64,000 nucleotides of DNA from Eledone cirrhosa (lineage: Eukaryota): NCBI GenBank assembly GCA_964016885.1, contig OZ024741.1:297352001-297416000 (forward strand). Direction: 5' to 3'. Each line of letters opens with the position of its first letter. Position 1 is the stretch's first letter. The notes under the pieces are model-generated. The model was not told the DNA's origin. It did not search any database and saw only the letters and a program-made list of their open reading frames with translations. Both the position numbers and the translations under genes were made by a program. Below, one piece after another: positions 51,490 through 64,000 of the stretch.

Positions 51490-52160
51490 ACTATCAAATG
51501 GCTCTTCTATGTCTAAGGGCAACCCCACTGGGCAGTCACTTATTCATTTGTCATCACCAGCAGAGATCCTTTTCAATAAGAACAAGAATTCCAAATTATC
51601 TTGAACACTGATACCCCCAAAAAACAATCAAATCTGAGAAAGGATGAATGTCAAAAGTAAAACACAAGAACAGTAATACAACAGAAATATAAAAGACCTT
51701 CTTGAATTAGTTTTAGGCAGAAAATGTCTGTCCTTCAAGAAATAACACATAGACCCCAGCAATACTCAGACAAATTCATAGAACCATGTAGCTATATCGC
51801 CAGAATGCACAGCGATGGAAGACTGCTTAGATGCAACAAGTGACACCTGTGAGAGCTATGCAGTCCAAAAAAACAGGTAACCTTCAATTTACCAGCTCAA
51901 CAGATCACAGATAATAATCCATCAGCGTTGACCTACAAGGGTGCTGGTCCCATTGTGAACATCAGTGCTTCAGCTCAATGTGCCCAGCCCACACTGCCAC
52001 TGGTGCAGACTAACCAGTCACTAGCACATTGGGCCACACTGTGAGAGTAAGAAAGCCCCCAGCAAAAGTTAACGACTTCATATGGGGCATAGATACCTAA
52101 CACATTGACTAATTCATAATTTCTAACTTCTCATTTGATAAGTGGCATGTAACATAATGT
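51490..52160 (+). mobile_element. Ty3/Gypsy integrase C-terminal remnant
   Basis: Broken frames give ALLCLRATPL..SPAEILF, EPCSYI, RCNK*HL (RRNRRHL-like), RVRKPPAKVNDF, then TGTAAC (possible LTR start) at ~52147. Confidence 0.65.
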
Positions 52161-52205
52161 TTCGATTTAATGTTTTATAAATTATGTCCCTTTGATTGTG
52201 ACTTA

Positions 52206-52528
52206 CTCTTGGGTCTTGAATAATCGTTGACTCCGCTTATCAATTTTTCAGACCCTCCCTTCCCCACTGCTTATGAAATTTTGCTAATCTATCTCTGGCA
52301 AAATTTTATTTTGATTTTTTTTTATACATTAAAAAACATTATTCATGATAAAAAAGGTGCATTACTATAAATCTCACACGTTATAAAATAGGATGGGTTG
52401 GGGTTTCAATATGTAAACTAAATGAGTAATTCTGGTTTAAAAAAATATCAATGGAGACAACCTAGAAAAATTACGGATTTTCCAACCACTCCACTCATTC
52501 CAGCCCCCTATTATTTGGGACCCAAGAG
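52206..52528. mobile_element. Tc1/mariner-type MITE
   Basis: TA|CTCTTGGGTCTTGAATAAT ... ATTATTTGGGACCCAAGAG|TA; related partial copy at ~5395-5610. Confidence 0.85.
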
Positions 52529-52729
52529 TAAAAAAAAAGATATCACGGGATATATTATTTAAAGATAATTAAGATGCCAAAATATAGTAACACATTTAAA
52601 ATCTGTCTGTTTCATTTTTGTAAAGCATGCCAGGGTATGATTTATTTTATTCTTTTATTAGTTTTTGATTCTGAAGAAATCTGGTTACAGAATCGAAAAG
52701 GTATTACCATGTTTTTTCCCATATAATTA

Positions 52730-52915
52730 TTTCTACTATAGCAATTTGGGGGGAGGAGAAAGTCAATTAAATCAACCCAGTGCATTACTGGTGCTTTATT
52801 TTATTGACCCCATAAGGATGAAAGGCAAAGCTAACACTGGCAGGATTTGAACCCAGAACGTAAAGGGCCATAACTCTATGTTGCAAAGCGTGGTGTCCGA
52901 CGCTCTACCGATTCT
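52730..52915 (-). mobile_element. tRNA-derived SINE
   Basis: Reverse copy of the 57.2 kb SINE. Confidence 0.85.
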
Positions 52916-54281
52916 GTACTATGCTTTTCTCCCATATAATATGAGAAATTCTGAACTAAAATGAAGGGTAAAAAAGTGGGGAGGGAGGGGGTATATTATA
53001 CAGGCCCCTTTACCTAAGGCTTGAATGCATCCCTTGTTATCCTGTGTGAAGGACAAATGGCTGCTTTTTCTGTTTCCAGCCATATTGCAGTGTTTTAATG
53101 GTCTCATTCGTGCCAGTCACCAATTTGGTACTTTTCTCAGATCCATGAAGACGGCTTTTTTAGAGGCAGCCTTTAGTTGCTTCATCATAGCTACATCACT
53201 TGATTGAAAGAGTTTTCTTAGGAGCTAAAAGTGTCATCAATGCTTCATCTATCCTAGTAGTTTACTGCTGTTGGTCTGGGGTTGCTTATTTATCTGGCAG
53301 ATTAATTTTTCAGAAATTTTTACTGAGCTTAAAAATACTCATTTGAAAAAAGCAAGATTGCAAATATGTGTTGATAATAATTGTTTACAAATGATATCTG
53401 TGTATCAGCAATATTTTTTATTCGGGAATCAGCATAATTCAACATGTTTGTCTCAAACTTATTTTGAAATGCGAAGTTGGATATGTCATCTTCTATAAAG
53501 AATATCAAATATCCGGTTGTTTGACATTCTTTAATATCATAATTAACTGAACAGTGTTGTGAAAAATATATAAGATTTGGGCTTTGTTGGATAGCATGGT
53601 ATGTATGGTATGGATCTATAACTCCTTAGGGAGTTGTAGGGGCATCATATTGACATACAACATTTCAAGGGCATTTTAAAACCTGGTGGAATCCTTCTCC
53701 ACTCCAGGTTTGAACACAGCAGAGAGGAAAAATTGACTACAGTACTTGACTAGTACTTTTTTTATTGACTTTAAATGGACGAAAGGCAAAGCTGACCTTG
53801 GAGGGATTTGAATACAGAGAGCAGAGAGTCAGAATGAATACTGCAATTTACCGCCATTTGAAAGTTTAGACGTAGACAAACACACACGACAGGCTTCTGC
53901 AGAGTGACCCATCTACCACATTTCACTCACAAGGCTATGGTCAAACCATGGCTATAGCATGGTACAAGTTTATAAAAACATTTACATAGACATGGCTGTA
54001 CTCTGGGGTTGTATACGCAAGGATGAGTTTATTCCCATTTTTTTTATCTTCCGAATATAGTAATTGTGTAAAGTTAGTAAATAAATAATATAGGCATATA
54101 GTGTTGAGAAGGAAGATTCATATGTTTCTTCACAATTGCTTTCATTTCAAAGACATCATCATGAGGAAACCTGTTAATTAGATAGAAAAAGTGTGTGAAA
54201 GAGAGAGAGAAGTAATGAAGGGTTTTGTAATATAAAACATAATTAACAGTGTGTGTCTGTATACTGAACTTGAGTGTTTAA

Positions 54282-54499
54282 CCCTTTAGCATTTAAACTG
54301 GCTGTATCTGGCCAGAATTATCTCTTCTTTTATCACCTCTTTCTATTGAAACCGGCCATAACTGGCCGCTTATACCAATGTTAAGGTATTGTTCTCAAAA
54401 TAAATAATAACATCATCCAAATCTTGTAGATTTGATATTATGTGAGATAAAGCCTTTACCACAAAAATACAATAGTAGAGTAATGTAAATGTTAAAGGG
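54282..54499. mobile_element. TTAA-targeting (piggyBac-like) MITE
   Basis: TTAA|CCCTTTAGCATTTA ... TAAATGTTAAAGGG|TTAA. Confidence 0.85.
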
Positions 54500-54669
54500 T
54501 TAAATATGAACATTCAAATAAAATATGAGTTATTCCCTGAAACTTGAATTGGATTTAGCATCATCAGTTTATGTCTGACTTCTATACTGGCATGTATTGG
54601 ATGGATTGCCACGATCTGAGGCTAAATGCGTTGAAAAGACCTCATCATGCTAATTTCACCCAAATGCTA

Positions 54670-55260
54670 GTCACCTTACAGAGTGTACTGGGTGTATTTT
54701 AGCGTGACACCAGCACTATCACTATCAGAGCATACTGGGTATATTTTATCGTGACACCAGAATGTACTGAGTATATTTTATCATGACACCAGTAATGTCA
54801 CCTTACAGAGTGTACTGGGTGTATTTTATTGTGACACCAGATCTGTCACTTTACAGAGTGTACTGGGAGTATTTTATTGTGACACCAGACCTGTCACCTT
54901 ACAGAGTGTACTTGGTATATTTTATCATGACACCAGTAATGTCACCTTACAGAGTGTACTGGGTGTATTTTATTGTGACACCAGATCCGTCACTTTACAG
55001 AGTGTACTGGGAGTATTTTATTGTGACACCAGACCTGTCACCTTACAGAGTGTACTGGGTATATTTTTATCATGACACCACTAATGCCACCTTACAGAGT
55101 GTACTGGGTATATTTTATTGTGACACCAGAACAGTCAGCTTACAGAGTATACTGCATGTATTTCATTTTTTACAGAGTGTAGTGGGTACATTTTATTGTG
55201 GAACAAATACTAACACCTTACTGAGTGTAATCGGTGCATTTTATCATGGCACCAGCACTG
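54670..55260. repeat. 48-bp minisatellite derived from the SINE/RTE domain
   Basis: ttacagagtgtact at 54803, 54851, 54899, 54947, 54995, 55043. Confidence 0.92.
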
Positions 55261-55489
55261 AATAGGTTGTCATATGCACAGCCAGACTGGAGAGTCCTCT
55301 CTACTATATATTGTTTCTGTTCAACTGCCAACTATTTTACAGAGTGTACCAGGTGTAACCCTTTGTGACACCAACACTAAAGCGATTGTAAGGTACTTGA
55401 CAGAACCAAAGGGCCGCTCTACTCTATGTTGTTTTGTTCACCTACTGCTTTACAGGGGGAGTGAGTTCTGAGTACTGTTAATGAGGTCA

Positions 55490-56098
55490 CATAGATAGCA
55501 AAAGTTCCTACTATTTCTAGTGAGCCTTCTGAACATTTGAAAGAGTTTATTTCATAAGTACCCTAACAGTTGACTAGTCCTCGGCTGCTTGTATTCAAAA
55601 TCATATTCTTTGTAGCAGTATTAGCAGACACAAGAATAGTTAGCATTAAGAGCTCCTTAGAAGTAGTTGACAGCTTCTAGATAACCTAAAGAGCAATGGT
55701 GGTAACTGTTCAAAAAGTAAAAATTTTCCAGCTTTCCCAATCCTATCGATATTTTAACAAGGGCAAAGATCTTTCAAACAAAACCTGTCCACCATAGCCT
55801 GTCTAATGGTTTCAATGTTCTCTACTATTTGAACTGCTGTTCACACACCTCCTCAAAACTGCTTTTCAATGCTGAAATGGTCAACCTAAACTGTTCTACC
55901 AATAATTATACTGTATTTTGGCTGGGAACTTTTCATGGTTGACCCACATTAGAATGCAAATAATTATTTTGTTGTGCTTTAGTAACTGAGTCACCACTCA
56001 TTAAAAAACGTTCCACTGTTATAGAGCTAATGAAATCACATCCTGTTGGTGAAATTACTGCCATTTTAAAAACTATCATGTTTCCTTGCTGGACACTG
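55490..56098 (-). mobile_element. Tc1/mariner transposase remnant (N-terminal HTH)
   Basis: TA|CAGTGTCC start; ITVERFLMSGDSVTKAQ...HSNVG..KVPSQNTV*LLVEQFRLT.SALK resembles DUF4817-type mariner N-termini; has stops. Confidence 0.55.
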
Positions 56099-56607
56099 TA
56101 TATGTATTGTATGCATGCATACACACACACACACACACACCAGTCAATGGCTCCACTTGAGTACTGACTTGGTCTGTGATCACCTGTCAAACCTGTGCTG
56201 ACAGGAAAAACAGACGTTAAATGATGATGATGATGATGTGTGCATATATATGTTTGTATTTACATGTACATGTAAAGTGAACTAGATATACTTGATATGG
56301 CGAATAGGTGCATTGTAAAACCACTTCGTAAGTGACAGACCCTTAGTTCTTGTCAGAATATCTGTTTAGGAGAGAGAGAAAATGCTGTTCTGTGGGTACC
56401 TATGCCTCCTTGTGGTAGGGAAGATCTAGCAAATGGAATATTTTGATATGAAATCTGAGAGTTTGGTGTGATCTGGTTATCTCATTTTATGTACCCTTGG
56501 AAGCTCCTTGCTACACTAAAAAAGTGGACTGAGCGCAGTGTAGGCTGAATCCAGTATAAACAAACTCACATACAAGTACCTTTTGGTAATGGGATATTCT
56601 ATTACAG

Positions 56608-56953
56608 CAGAGGTTCTCAAACTTTTTGGACAACCACCCACCTCACGGCCCCGTAATACCCTCAGCCTCCCCCCCAAAAAAACCTATTTCCAGAGAGACC
56701 TGACAACACGCAAATTGTAAATAATATGTAATAAATAAAATCGTTAATTTGTATATAATAATAATATAATATATACAATGTATAAATAAATATTATATAT
56801 TTTTTAATTTATTATATTTATATATAATATATATCATTTGATATCTAATATACTATTACATCATCTCTACCCCCCCCCGCTCCCTTAGGCCCCAGCGACC
56901 CTTGGAACCTCAACGCACACTGGGGGCGGTAGCACCCACTTTCAGAACCTCTA
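56608..56953. mobile_element. hAT MITE with perfect 8-bp TSD
   Basis: tattacag|CAGAGGTTCTCAAAC ... CTTTCAGAACCTCTA|tattacag. Confidence 0.92.
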
Positions 56954-57216
56954 TATTACAGTTTTATGTCTGAAGACCTTTGCAGTCATGAATCAAAGAA
57001 AAAACTGACTCTTATCAGAGGGTGGTCACTCATGAAATCAAGGGGACTGCAAAAGTAGGCATACCAGTATTACCAGTATTATAATAGTGATGCTCGGATT
57101 CATTTAATACTAGAAATCATTTAATTCATTAAAATCATTATTACTACTTTTAATATTTTTATTTTCATAATTTACGTTTGTGCACAGGTTTTGTTTTTCA
57201 TTATTGTATACCAAAA

Positions 57217-57437
57217 AGGCGGTGGATTGGCAGTATCGGTAGAAGGTCGGACGCTATGCTTTGCAGCATAGAGTTACAGCCCTTTATGATCTGAGTTCAA
57301 ATCCCGCCGAGGTTAACTTTGCCTTTCATCCTTACGGGGTCGATAAAATAAAGTACTAGTCCCGCACTGGGGTTGATTTAATCGACTTTCTCCTCCCCTA
57401 AATTGCTGGCCTTGTGCCTATATAAGAAACCATTATT
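57217..57437 (+). mobile_element. Full-length tRNA-derived SINE with Deu/Nin-like central domain
   Basis: A box TGGCAGTATCGG, B box GAGTTCAAATCC, GCCTTTCATCCTTACGGGGTCGATAAA, (ATT) tail; flanks g.ataccaa. Confidence 0.9.
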
Positions 57438-57468
57438 GCATACCAATTTTTGCAACACCCTGCATATG

Positions 57469-57559
57469 CAGGGTGTCCCTCAAAGATGTATACACACTTT
57501 GACAGGCAATATTTATTAGAATGCTGTTGAAGTGTGTATACATTTTTTGGGACATCCTG
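57469..57559. mobile_element. 91-bp mariner-type MITE
   Basis: CAGGGTGTCCCTCAAAGATGTATACACACTT ... AAGTGTGTATACATTTTTTGGGACATCCTG|TA. Confidence 0.85.
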
Positions 57560-58183
57560 TATATGTATTAACAAAATACAATGGAATTTACAAAAGGTAG
57601 TTTAAAAGAATTCTTTACAATTATTTCAAAGCATAAAAATTCTGCATATTTTCTTATTCTGGAAAGTTCCTTTAGAAACTCTCTGTATTTTCCCACTTTG
57701 GAGATTTCTTTGGAAAACATCCTTACATCGAACCAAGCTGGTTTTCTCCTGTGCACTGGATGGGTTATTCAAGCATCTTATCTGAAGGCAAATTTTTGAA
57801 AAACTTGTCTGTTCTTGGTAAACATCTCTAGTATAAGTATTCGTGAGTGAATAATAATAATATAATCATATCATAATATTATGAACAACTTCATCCTTTT
57901 GTTCCAGTGGTAGCTGAGAGAAAACAATTGACAATTGTTTCGGAGTGTTTGCTCCTTATCAAGATTGTGTATTCTTGTGTCTGCTTCTCACTGGAACTGC
58001 TGAGAATACATAATATTCTCAAATGTGCACATCGGCTGATTAGCCTCATTTGCATACTGAGTGATTTTACAGCCAGCTTTGCCGAAATAAAAAACAAATT
58101 TTAAAAACTATTTGCAGTATATATGCATATATAATCACACATACATACTTTATCAATATATTAAAAGCATAATACCCACTTCT

Positions 58184-58725
58184 CATCATCATCACCGTTT
58201 TACGTCCATTTTTCCACACTAACATGGGTTAGACAAATTGCCCTGTTGTGAGCAATGCCAGGTCATGTGAACATGTCTTGCTCATATTGAACTGCTTTTG
58301 GCTTGATTTCTAGCTGGATGCCCTTCCTAACACCAACCTCATTTACAGTGAGTACTGGGTGCTTTTTATTGTGGCACCTACATGACCACTTTACAGTGTG
58401 GACAGGGTGCTTTTTGTCATGACACCTACACGACCACTTTATAGTGAGAGGGGGTGGGAGAATACTGTCTATATGCTTCAGCTTTGGCCTGTACCCGTGG
58501 GAAGATGGGTCTTCTGTATTACTGCGTAACGCCAGAGGTCTTGGTCCTGTGTCATTGCCTTTGTGAGGTGCAATTAGGCAAGGCCAGCTTTTATCACCTC
58601 ATTTCAGGTCTTCTTGGGTCTCCCCACTCCAAGGCTTTCATTGACTTTGAGCGCTCTGCACCTTTTTATGCAGCTGTCATCCTTCATATGCATCACATGG
58701 TCATACCAACATAATTTCCTCTCCT
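58184..58725 (-). mobile_element. RTE LINE 3' end
   Basis: Diverged reverse copy of 22690-23326. Confidence 0.85.
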
Positions 58726-59104
58726 ATTTTTACAAATTAGGTAAACATTTAGTAATCTGATATGGAGATTATAGAATAATGTATATATTATACACAATAC
58801 TTCAAGCAAACTACAACATTCTATTATAAATTAATTAATTGAAAAAGCGATGTATACTGACTTGTGAGAGAGGTTTTGCAAACTTTTCTTTTTCTTCTGT
58901 TAGAGCTCTTGATGCATGGATAAATACAGCAAATTTCACACCCTAACATTGAACACAGAATGCAACATTACAGAAACATAAAAATATAATCACAAACAAA
59001 GAAATAACAAGATGGTAAATCATATTAGACATCACAGGCACCAATAGAGTATAAATATATAAATAAGTAATTTGGATGGTAGATTTAATTTATTGCTTGC
59101 TTTA

Positions 59105-59840
59105 ACACTAATACCTGTCCAGTAGAGTTACCAACACCTGTCTAGTAGGGGGTTTCTATTAGAGTTACCAACACCTGTCTAGTAGGGGTTTCTATTAGAG
59201 TTACCAACACCTGTCTAGTAGGGGGTTTCTATTAGAGTTACCAACACCTGTCCATTAGGGGTCTCTATTAGAGTCACCAACACCTGTCCATTAGGGGTCT
59301 CTATTAGAGTTACCAACACCTGTCTAGTAGGGGTTTCTATTAGAGTTACCAACACCTGTCTAGTAGGGGTTTCTATTAGAGTTACCAACACCTGTCCATT
59401 AGGGGTCTCTATTAGAGTTACCAACACCTGTCCATTAGGGGTCTCTATTAGAGTTACCAACACCTGTCCATTAGGGGTCTCTATTAGAGTTACCAACACC
59501 TGTCCATTAGGGGTCTCTATTAGAGTTACCAACACCTGTCCATTAGGGGTCTCTATTAGAGTTACCAACACCTGTCCATTAGGGGTCTCTATTAGAGTTA
59601 CCAACACCTGTTCATTAGGGGTCTCTATTAGAGTTACCAATACCTGTCCAGTAGGGGGTTTCTATTAGAGTTACCAACACCTGTCCGGTAGGGGGCTTCT
59701 ATTAGAGTTACCAACACCTGTCTTGTAGGGGTTTCTATTAGAGTTACCAACACCTTCCATTAGGGGTCTCTATTAGAGTTACCAACACCTGTCCATTAGG
59801 GGTCTCTATTAGAGTTACAAACACCTCTCCAGTAGGGTTT
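59105..59840. repeat. 36-bp minisatellite, ~20 copies
   Basis: ttagagttaccaacacctgtccattaggggtctcta. Confidence 0.97.
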
Positions 59841-59949
59841 CAAGCTGAGTTGCAGACATTCAAATTAGGTCTCTGGTTTCAAGAGAACTCTATATCTTTA
59901 TTTTGAGCTTCCAGCTGCACAAACCAACAAATCTTTGATGTCTTACCCT

Positions 59950-61285
59950 CCCCCACAGGCCTTATAAATGGGGTTTCACCTCCCCTCCCCCTCCCACCAC
60001 ATGCCTTACAAACATGTGTCACCTCCCCCTTTCACTCCCACCACAGGCCTTACAAACATGTGTCACTCCCCTCCCACATCATCATCATCGTTTAACGTCC
60101 ATCTTCCATGCTTGCATGGGTTTGGATGGGAATTTTCCCACTTGAGGCAAGATTGGTTGTCTTGCTCGTATAGGGCTGTCTGGCAGGTTTTCTACGGCTG
60201 GATGCCCTTCCTAACACCAACCACGTTTACAGTGTGGACTGGGAGGTTTTTACCGTGTTACCTACACGGCCACATTACAGCATGGACTGTGTTTTTTTGT
60301 CGTGACACCTACACGACCTCATTTATTTCGGATGTTGTGGTACCAACATAACTTTACATCAAAAGGGGTGGTGTGGATGGGTGGGGGTAGTGGGACGGGT
60401 GTGTGTGTGTGTATTTTTGTTAAGAGGTGCCTACTAACTGTAGGTTTCGCTTTGTACTTAGGCAAGGCGGGTCTTCTGTATTACTGTGTAGCGCCAAAGA
60501 TCTCGGTCCAGTGACATTGGCTTGGAGAGGTGTAAGTGTGTGAGGTCGGAATTTATCAAGTCGTGCCTACTCCGTTGCTACCGCCTATTTTTATCGCCCT
60601 GCACTTTTTTTATACAGCTGTCGTCTTTCATGCGCATCACGTGACCATACCAACGTAGTCTTCTCTCGAGTAAACAACCTCTGATCCCTCTTATTCCTAA
60701 TTTCTCCCTTAGTTGATTTATGCTTTGCCGTTCACGTATATTACTATTACACATCCAACGGAGCATGCAAGCTTCATTCCTCTCCAGTCTGCGTATATCC
60801 TCTGCACACAATGCCCAAGTCTCACTGCCATGTAACATTGCTGTTCGTATGCAGGCATCATACAGTCTGCCTTTCATTTTTAGAGAGAACCCTTTAGCGG
60901 CCAATAGTGGTATAAGCTCTCTGAACTTTTTCCATCCCGTTCTGACTCTAGCTACTGTACTTTCAGAGCACCCTCCACCACTGCTGATTTTGTCACCCAG
61001 GTAACGAACAGGCCTTACAAACATGTGTCACCTCCCCCCTCCCACCACATACCTTACAAACAGGTGTCACCTCCCCCTCTCTCTCACCACAGGCCTTACA
61101 AACATGTGTCACCCACCCCCTCTCACTCTCATCACAGGCCTTACAAACATGTGTCACCCCCCACTCTCACCACAGGCCTTACAAACTTGTGTCACCTCCC
61201 CCTCTCACTCTCACCACAGGCCTTACAAACATGTGTCACCGCCCCCCCCCTCCCACTCTCATCACAGGCCTTACAAACAGGTGAG
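59950..61285. repeat. ~40-45 bp minisatellite split by a LINE insertion
   Basis: cacaggccttacaaacatgtgtcacc(c/t)n units at 59950-60077 and 61008-61285. Confidence 0.9.
60078..61007 (-). mobile_element. 5'-truncated RTE LINE (family of the 20.7 kb copy)
   Basis: RYLGDKISSGGGCSESTVARVRTGWKKFRELIPLL nearly identical to the 20941 ORF; (CAT)n tail. Confidence 0.95.
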
Positions 61286-61607
61286 ATATTTCTTGTCCAA
61301 TGTATTCTATTTCTTCTTTGCTATCTGATAAGAGAGCTTTGGCTGTTGTTTTACTAGGCCCGAATGACTGCATTAGATTTCTTTACTGGCTCAGTTAGTT
61401 ACTATAGTTACTATAGGTAGTAGGTGTTATGAGTCCTGCAAGGCTGCAGTCAACATCTACAATATTAACCCACATGGCACATAAAATAGATAACATACAA
61501 CCCATACAATCTTAAAACGCTTGAAAGACAATTCTGCACAAACACACACATATATATATGAAGAACACAGATGCACCTGCTTCCGCTATAAAAACTGTTG
61601 AAAATAT

Positions 61608-62467
61608 AATAATAATTGTTTATGATTTTGGCACAAGGCCAGCAATTTGACTGGGAAGGGGAAAGTTGATTAAATTGACTCCAGGGTGTTACTGGTGCTT
61701 TATTTTATTGACCTCGGATAGATGAAAGGCAAAACTAACCACAAAGGATTTGAACTCAGAATGTAAAGGTCTGCAGCTATATGTCACAAAACATGTTGTC
61801 GACATTGTAATGATACTGCTAATCTACAACCTCAATAATAATAATGATAATTGTTTCTATTTTAGGCACAAGGACAGCAATTACCCAGTACATTACTGGT
61901 ACTTTATTTTATCGACCCTCAATAATAATAATTGTTTCTACTATTGGCACAAGGCCAGCAAATACCCAGTACATTACTGGTACTTTATTTTATCGACCCC
62001 GTAAAGATGAAAGGCAAAGTTAACCTCGGTGGGATTTGAACTCAGAATGGCAAGGGCCGTAACTTCTATGCGTCAAAGCATGACGTCCGACCCTCTACCG
62101 ATACTGCCAATCCACCACCCTCAATAATAATAATGATAATTGTTTCTACTTTAGGCACAAGGACAGCAATTTGAAAGGTAGGAGAAAGTCAATCAATACG
62201 ACTCCAGTACGTTACTGGTATTTTATCGACCCCGTAAGGATGAAAGGCAAAGCTAACCTTAGCGGGATTTGAACTTAGAACGTAAAGGGACGTAATTCTA
62301 TGCCACTAAGCATGTCTAACGCTCTACCAACTCTGCCAATCCACTGCCCTTATCATAATAATAATTGTTTCTACTTTTGGCACAAGACCAGCAATTACCC
62401 AGTGTATTACTAGTACTTTATTTTATCGACCCCGTAAGGATGAAAGGCAAAGTTAACCTCGGCGGAA
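61608..62467 (-). mobile_element. Tandem array of about five SINE copies
   Basis: Units start aataat..tgtttcta..ttggcacaagg at ~61610, 61835, 61921, 62123, 62356. Confidence 0.9.
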
Positions 62468-62537
62468 TATAATAATGACTGTGAAGTACTGCAGTGGTTG
62501 ACAAAAGGTAAAATGGTTCTAATAATGAAATAATGTC

Positions 62538-64000
62538 TGCCTTGATGTTGAAATTGCTAGCAAGCATTATGTCTGAGGAAATCGACCACCACCTTGACAT
62601 AAACAACTTATTGCTGGAGGAACAGAAAGGATGCCAAAAGAAGTCCTGTGGTACAAAAGATCAGTTACTTATTGACAAAATGATATATTGCCATAGGATG
62701 GATAGATTACAAAAAGGCAATCGACATGATTCCTCATTCTTGGATAACTAAGTGCCTAGAAATCTTCAAGGTGGCAGACAACATCAGACTGCTATTAAGT
62801 AATAGCATGAAGAACTGGGAGACAGATTTAATATCGGGAAGAATCCTTGGGAGGAGTGAAAATCAAGAGAGGTATCTTCCAAAGAGATAGTCTTTTCCCT
62901 TTATTGTTTGTCTTTATCTTCATACCCTTGTCCCTTGCATTGTGAAGCGTGAAGGTAGGATACAAACTGGGAAGAGGAGAACTTACCATCAAACACTTCC
63001 TCTTCACGGATGACCTAAAACTCTTTGGGAAAAGTGAGGAAGAGTTAGATGTACTTGTTAACACTGTTCATATTTTCAGCAATGAGATATGTAAAGAATT
63101 TGGTGTTAATAAGTTTAGAGCCCTAGTGATGAGGAGAGGTAAATTAAAGAGAAGCAAAGGAATTGAGATACCAACAGGTGAGATGATAAAGGAGATCGAC
63201 ACTGAAGAAGGATATAGGTATCTGTGTGTTTTGGAGGCAGATAACATCAAGGACAATAAAATGAAGGAGATGATAAGATTGGAATACATAAGGAGGGCAA
63301 GGAAAATACTAAAATCACATCTGAATAGTAGAAATGCCATAAGTGCAGTAAATTCCCAAGCTGTGTCTATTATTAGGTACAATGCGGGGATTCTTAAATG
63401 GAATGTAAACAAGCAAAAAGAACTGGATAGAAAGACAAGGAAATTTATGACTATCTACAGAATGTTTCATAAGTAGGGTGATGTTGATACTTAAAGAAAT
63501 CTGAAGGTCTGAGAGGTCTTATCAGCATGGAGGACTGTTATAGATGGAGAAAAGCTGTTTATATAAATATGTGTCTGAGAGTAACAAGCCAATGCTTAAG
63601 GCTGCATTGAAGGAGGAGATAAAAGACAAGGGGATGTCCAAGAAAGAAGTAACAATAAAGAAGAACAACCTGAATGGAAAAACCCTTCATACAATCTTCT
63701 TGAAGAAAACAGAATTCAGAAATCTGCAGACATGGGGTTGGTTAAAGAAAGGAGACCTTAAGAAAGTTATAGCAGGAATGCTACTGACTGCACAGAAGCA
63801 AGCATTTAGAATAAAGTGGATAAAACATCACATTGACAAGGAGGAGGATCTGTGGAGAGAGAGAGGAAACTGTGGCTCATATTGTATCTGAGTGTAAACA
63901 TCTAGCTCAGACCCATTATAAAGGATGGTGGCATGATATCATAGGACAAGTGATCCACTGAATAATTTATCTCATTCTGAGAAGTGGCATGAGTACAAGC
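62538..64000 (+). mobile_element. R4/Dong-like non-LTR retrotransposon remnant (RT + zinc knuckle), runs off window
   Basis: EEQKGC..GTKDQLLID, WIDYKKA.D.IPHSWI, RGIFQ.DSL, HFLFTDDLKL, EYIRRARKILKS, CGEREETVAHIVSEC; frameshifted. Confidence 0.85.

Noticed and set aside
54783-55265. 160-aa ORF with 16-aa repeats
   Set aside because: Translation of a 48-bp SINE-derived tandem repeat
57217-57310. tRNA gene (also at 15246 and 32555)
   Set aside because: A/B boxes run into SINE bodies and tails with TSDs; no complete cloverleaf
57568-58104. Possible exons of a minus-strand neighbour gene
   Set aside because: Short open frames with no recognisable motif and no convincing paired splice sites
59105-59840. 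36-bp repeats resembling a CRISPR array; 141-aa repetitive ORF
   Set aside because: Units are contiguous with no unique spacers, no cas genes, eukaryotic context; plain minisatellite

Overview
AT-rich, repeat-dense eukaryotic DNA; the repeat families suggest a mollusc, probably an octopod cephalopod (inference). The one well-supported gene is a 12-exon + strand MINDY3/FAM188A deubiquitinase (CDS 11491-44484, 1344 nt, 447 aa, all GT-AG introns with matching phases, catalytic Cys and His motifs intact). The ORF track mostly misses it. The rest is mobile DNA: RTE-clade LINEs (one near full length, several with a PHD-like finger inside the RT region), a CR1 remnant, an R4/Dong-like element, a Gypsy integrase remnant, tRNA-derived SINEs, hAT/mariner/piggyBac-type MITEs, and minisatellites, including a 4.5-kb 22-mer array that produces the three false ~1500-aa ORFs. 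The most striking hidden layer is a set of Penelope-type insertions carrying minimal hammerhead-ribozyme motifs, many collapsed into 100-180 bp palindromes centred on the ribozyme. Four cluster in MINDY3 intron 5 and one lies in the probable 3' UTR. A CpG-rich, uORF-laden candidate leader exon of a divergent minus-strand gene lies near 2 kb. All coordinates were read by eye; repeat boundaries are approximate.
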